In this document: positions 20,601-28,300 of the stretch, piece by piece | Position numbering within the stretch: the first letter of the stretch is position 1 | Layout: every line of letters starts with the position of its first letter | From: an uncultured Pseudomonadota bacterium | Lineage (GTDB): Bacteria > Myxococcota_A > UBA9042 > PHBI01 > CALCNF01 | Assembly (NCBI GenBank): GCA_937897815.1 | Contig: CALCNF010000041.1 | Coordinates: forward strand, 1-32,348 | DNA length: 32,348 nucleotides | Direction of reading: 5' to 3' | The notes under the pieces: model-generated | What the model was told of the DNA's origin: nothing | What the model saw: the letters and a program-made list of their open reading frames with translations, nothing else | Databases searched by the model: none | Made by a program: the position numbers and the translations under genes

Positions 20601-23600
20601 GATCCCGCGACCGAGGAGAATGACGGAACCAAGGAGTGTGTGGACAACTGTCCGCTGGTCTACAACCCGACCCAGTCCGACACCGATCAGGATGGCCTTG
20701 GCGACGCCTGCGATCCGGACGCTGATGACGATCTCATTCTCGTCTCCGATGGCGACAACTGTCCTCTCGTGTCCAACCCCAACCAGGCAGACCTGGATGG
20801 CGATGGGGTAGGCGACGTCTGCGATGACGATCAGGACGGCGACTCGATCGCCAATGAGCTCGACAACTGCGCGCTCATCGCCAACGCGCCGCCGACCGTG
20901 GGTACGGAGCAGCTCGACCTCGACGGTGACGGGTTAGGTGATGTCTGTGACCTCGACCTGGACGGAGACTCGATCGCCAACGACGAGGACAACTGCCCCT
21001 ACGCGGTCAACGCTCCGGCCCTCTTCGGAGCCCAGCAGTCCGATCTCGATGGCGACGGCCTGGGCGACGCTTGTGATCCTGACTCGGATGGTGACGCCAT
21101 CGGGAACGTCGTTGACCTCTGCAAGGCGGTGGGCGTCGATGTCGACGGTATTCCTGTCCTGGGTCGCTACGATGCGAACGCTGCGATTCCATCAACGGAG
21201 TGCGTCGGTGGTTTCTGCGCCTACGATACTTCGAAGGAATGCACGACGAGCGCGGACTGTCAGAACCTCTGCGATGACCGCGACGCGGACGGGATTCCCA
21301 CGGAGCGAGACAACTGTCCCATCACGGACAACGGCGGCATTGAACAAGCAGATATCGAAACAATGCAGCTCGACAGCAACGCCGACGGCGTGGGTGACGC
21401 GTGCTCAGCTGATCCGGACGCCGACACGATTCCGCTCACGATCGACAACTGTCCCGCCGTGGCGAACCCGGATCAGCTCGACAGCGACGGGGATGGTCTT
21501 GGTGATCTGTGTGATCCCTGCGCGAACATTGCGGCGACGGTGATCAACGACGCGGCCGGGGCTCCCAAGGCCTGCACGATCGATCTTCATTGCGGTGAAC
21601 CGACCGAGGCCTATTGCTCCTTGGCGACCCAGACCTGTCGGGCTCGTCACGGAGACATGGACGGTGACGGTCTGGGCAATATCTGTGACACGGATCAGGA
21701 CGGCGATGGTACGCCCGAGTATCTCAACGACGCCTCCAAGCTCCCCTGCACCTCAGGGGCGATCACGGGCTGCGCCGACAACTGCCCCGAGCTCCCGAAC
21801 CCGGCCCAGCTCGATGATGATGGGGACGGCAAGGGCAACCGCTGCGAGATTGACGCGGACGGTGACTGGATCCTCGACGCCGATGACAACTGCCCGCTGG
21901 TGGCCAACCCGGGTCAGGAGGATCTGGACTTCGACGGTGAGGGTGACGCCTGTGACCTGGACAAGGACGGAGACAACCTGACCTGCTGCGCCGTGACCGA
22001 CACCCCGGGCTGCATCGACAACGCGGCCACCGAGGCCTGCGTGTGCGCGATGGACCCCTTCTGCTGCGCGCAGAGCTGGGACAGCATCTGCGTGGCTGAG
22101 GCGAGCCAGTACTGCGAGAACCCCTGCACCTGCACGGGCAACGTCTGCGCGGACAGCTGTCCCAACGACGTGGACACGACCCAGGCCGACGCCGACATGG
22201 ACGGCGTGGGTGATGTCTGTGACAACTGCCCGAACGCCGTAAACTTCGACCAGGCTGACCTGGACGGTGATCAGGTGGGCGACGTCTGTGACCTCGACAT
22301 CGACACCGATGGCGTCTTCAACAGCCACGACACCTGCATGCTCGCCGTGAACCCCTTCCTGGGCGGGATCGAGCAGCCCAACGCAGACAACGATGCCTAT
22401 GGAGACGTGTGTGACGGGGATGATGATGGTGACGGGATCCCCGATGTCATGGACAACTGTCCGCTCTTGGCCAACGTCGATCAGAACGATCTCGATGGAG
22501 ACCTCATCGGAGATCTCTGCGACACCGACGCTGATGGCGACGGGGTCGCGAACGAGGAGGACAATTGTCGCGGACAGCACAATCCACCGGCTGTGCCGGG
22601 ACTCGCTCAGGCGGACGCCGATGCCGACGGGATTGGAGACGCCTGCGAGCCTCAATGCTCGGAAGCTGTACTCGCGCTCAATAACGATGATGACGACATC
22701 CTGAACAATGACTGTGATGTGGACGCCCTGGGTGAGTTCTTCGACGATCCTTGTGTCACTGGACAGACTGAGGGCTGTGACGACAACTGCATCGGTGTGA
22801 CCAACCCGGATCAAAAGGACACAGACGGAGATGGCCTTGGAGATGCCTGTGACCCCGATGCCGATGGCGATGGGATCCTCGACGCCGCGTCGGACAACTG
22901 CCTGGGTCTGGCCAACGCCGGACAGGAAGACGATGACAATGACAACATCGGTAACTCCTGCGATCCGGACGTCGATGGCGACGGCATCCTCGAGGATGGA
23001 AATGTCGGCGCGGTCGCCTGCAACGCGCCGTTGGTCACGGATTGCGATGACAACTGTCCGCGGGAATCTAACCCAGCTCAGATCGATACGGACAATGACG
23101 GTCTGGGAGACGCCTGCGATCTCGACACCGATCAGGACGGCGTTCTGAACGCCTTCTCGGGGAACGCATTGCTCTGCATCTCGGGCCAGAACGTCGGGTG
23201 CAGTGACAACTGTCCTGACGACCCCAACCCGACGCAGCTGAACTCGGATCTTGATCTTGAGCTGGCGTTCAACACCAACCCCCAGGAGGGTGACGCCTGT
23301 GACGACGACCTCGATCAGGACAAAATCGATGACACGGTCGATCCCAACAGCGGGGACCCCGTCGATAACTGCGCCGAGATCTACAACCCGACGCAGACCG
23401 ACGCGGACGGGGATGGGCTGGGTAACCTCTGCGACATCTGTCCAGACGCCACGGACGTTGGCCAGGACGACAGCGATGGTGATGGACGAGGTGATGCCTG
23501 CGACACCTGTCCTGAGGTCGTATCTCCGCCGATATTTAAGGAGGACACGGCGCTCTGCTCGGGGAATGGAGACTGCGATACCGGTGAGTTCTGCTCCATC

Positions 23601-24662
23601 ACAGGTCGCTGCCAAAAGGACTGTACCTTGTTCATCGACGCCGATGAGGCCGCTACGGTTGCGGAGCACCTGGCGAGCCTGGACAACCTGCCCGACACCA
23701 ATGATGCGGACTACCCGTGCACCGCAGATCAGTACTGCGCGACGGATGGCACCTGCCGTGTCGAGCACCCGAACGCGGACAGCGACGCGCTCGGTGACGC
23801 TTGCGACAACTGTGACGATCACAACAACACCCTCGAGTACTGCCAAGCCAACCCCATGGCCTGCTCGGGTCCCATGGCGAACATCGCCTGCGCGAATGAG
23901 GCGGCCTGCGGCGTGGCGGATTGCGTGACCTACGGGTCCGGAGATTTCTGTCGGTTCACGGAGTGCACGATGACGTCGGAGTGCGGTTCCGCGGTCACAG
24001 AGGTCCTGGGCACTTGCTCGGACGACGACCAGGTCACGTGCTCCTCGGCTGAGGACTGCGCGGGTGTGGATGCCCTGTGTGAGGGCTATGTGGCGCCGGA
24101 CGAGTATTGCTCGGCCGAGGGCGTGTGCGTCAGCGATCAGCAGGACACCGACGGTGATGGTGACGGTGACGCATGCGACACCGACTCCGATGATGACGGC
24201 ATGGACGACGCCTTCGAGGTACGGTTCAACACGTGCCATCACGAGTGCGCGACCGGCGGTCAGTGTTATGACGACGAGGAGTGTGACCCGGACAACTGCG
24301 CCAACTGCGATGCCTTCAACCCGCTCAATCGCGGTGAGGAGGCCCTGGATTACGACGGCGACGGCCTGACCAACATCCAGGAGTTTGAGCTCAAGGGGAC
24401 GTACAGCTCGTGGACCGATCCGACGAACGCCGACACCGACGGTGGTGGTCGAACGGACGGGCAGGAGATCCTCCAGGACGGGACCGATCCAACCAACCCG
24501 AACGATGACCTGCAGCCCAACCCGAACACCTGCAAGAAGAGCTGCGGCGGTCACTCCAAGACCGGCGGTTGCTGGTGCGACTACATCTGCTTCCAGCTTG
24601 GAGACTGCTGCCAGGACGTCTGCAGCCACTGCAGCGGCAAGTTCCCCAGTAAATGCTACTGA
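14637..24662 (+). CDS. Giant TSP3-repeat lipoprotein (3341 aa) with N-terminal globular domain and C-terminal somatomedin-B-like domain
   Basis: MKMISLRSLAVLTALTL-LSGC lipobox; strong RBS; about 510-aa non-repetitive N-region; about 2750 aa of DNCP-type TSP3 repeats with Cys-rich inserts; terminal CKKSCGG...CWCDYICFQLGDCCQD. Confidence 0.92.
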   Translation: MKMISLRSLAVLTALTLLSGCVASEAEPFDALNADTIEEPTVESLARLAPASAEKIELADHDLSRLFDGDVCDPAVVPGCRATLVGQRWMDNINRVLREGASEGYAVLTSEFLAGEMDLAIFGAQSIDQLDPQDSLALRQEIAFWFATQYGHDTAVGGTVSSSALDAAALLFDALQDASGETWRIGVVGFDASQDLHEARAVTPAFFRPRDGELVTLVTSDSYEGTGSGELTLDLPQKSWAYEEFAAGSTLDGNRLWLTRSSARRDAQPCPFCKPSADADAPAAPRQLLVDGPARVIAQDAEGRQTAFLSGQVIEEIPGSNVRAVFTGDDVPPRQLFLPPSGEVTILASGRPAPEFTVQPATRVELYAPNFVAGTGTIETPEGQTDTIRIQNAGKRLSFSTWHGDGANVFIASDAGDQPVLFELETTGVGTGQSLWIQLDEEEGVVLLDMTAEATLRGTFSFTIQRGLDRLTYVSSLDLRARGQYRLHYRDWVGPGLPMTVDVDLQPDGAVDHTIELSGCTVAEGCEHLEGFDDDGVPGALDNCPSIANVDQADLDGDGLGDACDADIDGDGVDELGALEGSVPCPDQVTVECDDNCPGIHNPTQADLDGDFLGDACDDDLDGDGVPDDGSLNGVQVCNAPFILGCDDNCPLIVNEDQEDFDDDGVGDACDADIDGDAIVEDPTLESCAGTTENCNDNCPNLWNPLQEDLDGDGLGDPCDADDDADGIADLGDNCPLLANPQQADLDSDAIGDLCETDLDGDGIGEDGDEDQAADNPCEPGQKTECDDNCPLNFNPEQEDLDGDGVGDVCDTNPDGDAFDGAADLCPMMATIEQKDDDGDGLGDACQDTDGDGVLDDGALDGIVASLKLCGPELLTDCDDNCPQSANADQADSDGDGLGDVCDPDADNDGLANELDICPLHPDPEQGDMDGDGIGDPCDDDVDGDGAPNDTDTCALIADPDHPDQDQDGVGDACDDDIDGDAVPNATDNCPLGVNPVQGDIDGDGLGDTCDTDIDGDDVLNASDNCVQVANATQVDLDGDGIGDACDPDLDGDGLLDGSQDLDDDQDGVIDGDDNCESTPNADQNNLDGDDFGDACDADQDGDGVIDTQDADDDEDGVLDLADNCSTIPNVSQDDLDGDGLGDVCDADIDGDGVLNAADKDDDNDGFQDECIPGIDPSDCVSDNCTTKANDDQIDSDFDGEGDVCDADDDGDGVDDASDLCPLLATLAAGAGDQDCEDDAACGEGTYCAPSGLCHVGHLDLDGDGLGNACDSDVDGDNVTDGDGSFPCQHGQIYACDDNCPMVFNASQADTDGDQQGNACDGDDDNDGVPDDGVEGEVPCASGQLSSCDDNCPLLANSFQLDLDGDGLGDVCDEDDDGDGVDDVEDNCATLSNPAQANADGDPLGDLCDPDVDGDNAPNEIDNCPGILNIAQADDDGDDLGDLCDNCPDVANPQQDDLDGDGLGDGCDEDRDGDGFDNGDDNCPNNSNADQADQDGDSTGDVCDSDIDGDTKANFDDNCPLIPNVGQADTDLDGFGDACDLDDADLDGIKDHVDNCDLLANPQQEDMDQDGVGDLCDDDQDGDGFANGSDNCPETMNAPPSVGELQTDQDQDGLGDACDLDDDNDGIPDTLDNCPEDVNPDQANLNELDELADPNLAVEGDACDHDDDGDGTPDDVDLDDDDDGVADDLDNCPLVVNAEQDNQDGDGLGDACDGDIDGDDTENLSDNCPWTPNVSQADLDLDGVGDACDEDLDGDGQTNDVDVDDDGDLVADGVDNCPHAYNVNQQDLDYDDVGDACDNCAYDYNDQQGDLDQDEIGDLCDDDADGDKILEDGAEDEVDPCESGQSAGCDDNCPEVSNHDQQDTDADGVGDACDLCPLVPNAGQEDVDFDGVGDACAGDSDGDGTPDALDLCPTLQNPSTATLDTDGDGVGDDCDNCKGESNPSQANLDGDNQGDKCDADGDADGIGYSFNKPNTEEACTGVPDPDDGDPATEENDGTKECVDNCPLVYNPTQSDTDQDGLGDACDPDADDDLILVSDGDNCPLVSNPNQADLDGDGVGDVCDDDQDGDSIANELDNCALIANAPPTVGTEQLDLDGDGLGDVCDLDLDGDSIANDEDNCPYAVNAPALFGAQQSDLDGDGLGDACDPDSDGDAIGNVVDLCKAVGVDVDGIPVLGRYDANAAIPSTECVGGFCAYDTSKECTTSADCQNLCDDRDADGIPTERDNCPITDNGGIEQADIETMQLDSNADGVGDACSADPDADTIPLTIDNCPAVANPDQLDSDGDGLGDLCDPCANIAATVINDAAGAPKACTIDLHCGEPTEAYCSLATQTCRARHGDMDGDGLGNICDTDQDGDGTPEYLNDASKLPCTSGAITGCADNCPELPNPAQLDDDGDGKGNRCEIDADGDWILDADDNCPLVANPGQEDLDFDGEGDACDLDKDGDNLTCCAVTDTPGCIDNAATEACVCAMDPFCCAQSWDSICVAEASQYCENPCTCTGNVCADSCPNDVDTTQADADMDGVGDVCDNCPNAVNFDQADLDGDQVGDVCDLDIDTDGVFNSHDTCMLAVNPFLGGIEQPNADNDAYGDVCDGDDDGDGIPDVMDNCPLLANVDQNDLDGDLIGDLCDTDADGDGVANEEDNCRGQHNPPAVPGLAQADADADGIGDACEPQCSEAVLALNNDDDDILNNDCDVDALGEFFDDPCVTGQTEGCDDNCIGVTNPDQKDTDGDGLGDACDPDADGDGILDAASDNCLGLANAGQEDDDNDNIGNSCDPDVDGDGILEDGNVGAVACNAPLVTDCDDNCPRESNPAQIDTDNDGLGDACDLDTDQDGVLNAFSGNALLCISGQNVGCSDNCPDDPNPTQLNSDLDLELAFNTNPQEGDACDDDLDQDKIDDTVDPNSGDPVDNCAEIYNPTQTDADGDGLGNLCDICPDATDVGQDDSDGDGRGDACDTCPEVVSPPIFKEDTALCSGNGDCDTGEFCSITGRCQKDCTLFIDADEAATVAEHLASLDNLPDTNDADYPCTADQYCATDGTCRVEHPNADSDALGDACDNCDDHNNTLEYCQANPMACSGPMANIACANEAACGVADCVTYGSGDFCRFTECTMTSECGSAVTEVLGTCSDDDQVTCSSAEDCAGVDALCEGYVAPDEYCSAEGVCVSDQQDTDGDGDGDACDTDSDDDGMDDAFEVRFNTCHHECATGGQCYDDEECDPDNCANCDAFNPLNRGEEALDYDGDGLTNIQEFELKGTYSSWTDPTNADTDGGGRTDGQEILQDGTDPTNPNDDLQPNPNTCKKSCGGHSKTGGCWCDYICFQLGDCCQDVCSHCSGKFPSKCY
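16230..24510 (+). repeat. TSP3-like repeat tract of CDS2
   Basis: Dozens of DNCPxxxNxxQxDxDxDGxGDACDxDxDxDG units. Confidence 0.9.
24531..24659 (+). other. Somatomedin-B-like Cys domain at the C-terminus of CDS2
   Basis: TCKKSCGGHSKTGGCWCDYICFQLGDCCQDVCSHC fits the C-x3-C...C-x-C-D-x2-C-x5-C-C-x-D pattern. Confidence 0.7.
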
Positions 24663-25312
24663 TTCACACCCCACATACGCGCGACTCGAGCCCATGGAGG
24701 GCTTGGGCGCTCGCCCTGGTGATGGCGATGGTGCTCGTGGCCTGCCTCGATGAGCGGGACACCTACATCGTCGATCACATGCCCGACTGCATGCTCGGCT
24801 GCGAAGATCGATGCCTCTCTCAGCACGTCGGCGCGTGCCAGATGGCCTGCGAGGAGAGCTGGTCCTGGTCCCTGGGCCTGACGTTGCCTGTCTGCGGCTT
24901 CGAGTGGGAGGAGGTCGATGAGCACTGCAGAGGCTCAGGCGCCGGCTGCCTGGAGGTCTACGGACCGAAGCTCGGTACGAGCGACGCGGCCGATGAGCTG
25001 TGCGAGGCGTCTATCGCGACCTGGGAGGCCTGTATGGGCGGCTCCTATGTGCTGGACTGTCGCTGGCAGTGTCAGTCCTCCTGTGACGCGGAGGGGCTCG
25101 CGGCTTGTGAGGCCGCCTGCGAGGGCAACTGGAGCTGGATCGATCGCCTGGGAACCGGTCTGTGTCTTTCGGCGCGTAACGCCGTAGATCAGGCCTGCGG
25201 CACCGCGCGCGAGTGCTCGGCCGAGGGGCCTATCTTCGCCACCTCGGCGATCACCGAGGCCTGCAGCCAGGCCTTGAGCACCTGGACCACCTGCTATGAG
25301 GGTCTGAACTAA
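24653..25312 (+). CDS. Putative Cys-rich lipoprotein with two tandem ~90-aa 10-Cys repeats
   Basis: WRAWALALVMAMV-LVAC lipobox-like signal; ATG overlaps the CDS2 stop; TAA abuts the next ATG; repeats start at 24788 and 25058. The exact start is uncertain. Confidence 0.78.
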   Translation: MLLIHTPHTRDSSPWRAWALALVMAMVLVACLDERDTYIVDHMPDCMLGCEDRCLSQHVGACQMACEESWSWSLGLTLPVCGFEWEEVDEHCRGSGAGCLEVYGPKLGTSDAADELCEASIATWEACMGGSYVLDCRWQCQSSCDAEGLAACEAACEGNWSWIDRLGTGLCLSARNAVDQACGTARECSAEGPIFATSAITEACSQALSTWTTCYEGLN

Positions 25313-28300
25313 ATGATGGGGTCGACGAGCCGACAATGGGCCTCATGGGCCATGCTGCCCCTCGGTGCGCTCGCGCTCGTCGTGGCGCCCGTGGCCTCGG
25401 CGGCGCCCATCGTCGTGGCCCCGGCGAGCGACGTGGACGCCCTGGTCGAGAGCATTACGGGTCCTGGCATCGAGGTCGTGAGCTCGACCCTCGTGGTCGG
25501 ACCGGCCGCCACTACCGGGACCTTCGTCGGTGACGGAAGCGACGTCGATCAGGAGGCCGCCCTCCCGTTCGACTCGGGCGTGATCCTGGGAACGGGCCTC
25601 GTCGAGGGGATCCTCGGTCCGAACGAGGGCTTCTACAATGGTGATGGGAGCGGCCTGGACATGGACCCGGAGGCGGGCGAGACCTGCGCCGTGGGCGCCA
25701 TCCCTGAGGGCAAAGAGGGCGTCTGCGATTTCGACGACGGGAGCGGAGAGGGCATCTTCGATGCGACCTGGCTCGAGATCGTCTTTCTGCCCAACCAGAA
25801 CGAGCTGAACCTCTCCTATGTCTTCGCCTCGGATGAGTACGAGGAGGGCGCCCAGGCCCGCGCGGGCGACGCCCTGCGGATCCTGGTCAACGGGGAGCGC
25901 TGCGCGCTGACGCCCTCGGGCTCGGCCGTCGGGAGTCACACGATTCACATCGGGACCCCTGAGCTCTTCGTGGACAACACCACGAGCGCCTACGCGATCG
26001 AGGCCAACGGTCTCTCGACCGGCCTTGAGTGCGAGGCGCCTGTGACTCCCGGAGTGGAGAACACACTCAAGATCGGCATCGCCAACATCGGAGACCGCTT
26101 TCGGGACTCCTGGGTGATCCTCGAGCGCGCCGGCCTCACGGCGTCTATCCCCATCGTCGATCTCATGAGCGATGAGGATGGGGACGGGATCCCAGACGCC
26201 TATGACAACTGCGCGAGCATCGCGAACGTGGACCAGGCCGACCTGGACGGGAACGACGTCGGTGACCTGTGCGAGACCCATATTCTTGGCGTAGGCGGTG
26301 GCGCATGCAGCGGCGGTGACGCGGACTCGTCTCCTCTTGGATGGGCGATTATCGCCCTCCTCGGGTGGCTTCTGGCTCGCCGGCGCTCCTCTCGAGCCAC
26401 GGCGCGCGCGCTGGTCCTCACGGTGCTGGCGGGGACCCTGCTCTGGCCGGGGGCGCCAGACGCCCTGGCCGAGGAGCCTGTTCCCAACCTGGACACCCAG
26501 CTCTTCAGGCCCTCACCCTTCGCTCAGGATCTCTTCTCAGCCCCCCGTCGCGCCGAGCAGGGCGCCGATCACTGGAACATCGGCCTGATGTTTCAGAGAC
26601 AGAGCGGCCTCTTGTCGATTCGCCGACCCACCGAGGGCGGTGGGCTCCTACCCCTCGAAGACTCGACCGAGCTCATGCCGCTCATCGAGGACGACACGGG
26701 GATGAACCTGTTGATGTCCTACGCCATCCTCGAGGGCTTCTCGCTGGGCGTGGACCTGCCTTTCATCCTCTCTCGAACGGGAGCCTACTCTGAGGACCTC
26801 CCGATCCTCACGGGCTCGAGCCTGGGGGATATGCGTCTCCTCTCACGGATCCAGTTCGGTGGTCGCAGCGGAGATGGCCTCTCCATGGGCATGAACGTGG
26901 GCGGCATCACCCCCACCCACAACGGCGCCTTCCGTGGCCGCTCCGGGTTCGGCTTCATCTCGGACCTCTTCCTGGAGCTCCGCCGTCGCCGCTGGGGGAT
27001 GACGTTTCGCGCGGGCGCCATCTGGGCCACCGAAAAGGAGCGCTTCCTGGACGTGGAGCAGGAGCACCAGGCGCAGGCTGAGATCGGCGCGTGGCACAAC
27101 ACCATCCCGGGCGCTCTTGAGCTCATCGCTGAGCTCCACGGGACGAGCGAGCTCAATGATCGCTTCCTCGAGGGCGCGGTCACGCCCATCGAGCTTCGCG
27201 CTGGCGCTCGCTGGCGCTCGCCCTGGGGTCTGATCGTCGGCGCCGGACTGGGCGCCGGGCTGACCCGCGGGGTGGGCGCGCCTGACTACCGCGCGCTCGT
27301 GAGCCTGTCCTACGAGTCCTGGTATGTCCTCTCGAGCGCCCAGCTCGACGGGGCAGGTGGCCGTGACCTCTGCCCGACCGAGGAGGAGGACAAGGACGGC
27401 TACCGAGATGATGATGGCTGCCCCGATCCGGATGTGGAGCGCATGCTCGACGTGATCGTCGATCGCGCCGTGCCCGCGGGCACCTTTGAGAAGTTTGCCT
27501 CCGCCAAGGCGCGGGCGGACGCGCGGCTTCGACGGTCCAAGAGCATCAACGCCCTCTCCGGTCTCGGCGTGCCCCAGGTGATCGTGAGGTCAGAGCGCTC
27601 CGACGAGGTGGAATCCGCCGATGACGGGGAGACCAGCCGAATGTTCGGCGCGAAGTCGCGGCGCAAGCGTAAGCTCCGAAAGGCTCCCGCTGGCAACCGC
27701 GCGCCCATGATCGGCGCCGTTCAGGTCAGCCCGGAGTCGCCGGTCACCGGCCAGGCGATTCAGTGTACCTACACGGACTTCAGGGACCCGGACGGCGACC
27801 CGGATGACTCGCTGGTCGACTGGACCGTCAACGGCAAGGACGCGGGCTTCGGTCCCACCCTGGAGGAGGGCTTCGTCAAGGGCGACAAGGTGCGCTGCAC
27901 GGTCACGCCCCACGACGGCGCTGTGGGCGGCCCCAAGAAGTACGCGCAGGTCATCGTCCGCAACACGAACCCGACGATTCGCTCGGCCAAGATCACCCCG
28001 GAGGTGCCCAAGGGAGGCGACACGCTTCAGTGTGTCTACGATGACTTCTCGGATCCCGACGGCGACCCCGATCGCTCCAGCATCGTCTGGACCGTCAACG
28101 GCCTCCGAGCCGGCGGCGGCCGCGTCCTCAAGACCAAGCCCGAGTCGGGCGACCGCATCGCGTGCACGGTCACGCCGCGAGACGGCGAGGGCAGCGGGGA
28201 TCCGGTCCGCGCGGCCGTGGCCGTGGGCAACCGTCCGCCGAGCATCACCTCGGTCTGGCTCGAGCCCAAGCAGACGAGCGCCGGTAAGCCCATCACCTGC

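Noticed and set aside
14637-24662. Eukaryotic origin suggested by thrombospondin and somatomedin-B-like modules
   Set aside because: Shine-Dalgarno sites, overlapping operon genes, lipoboxes, an OmpA-like domain and the absence of introns indicate a diderm bacterium.
21753-24695. 980-aa minus-strand ORF, and the many Thr/Ser/Arg-rich ORFs in other frames
   Set aside because: Same codon-bias artefact; they overlap well-supported CDSs almost entirely.
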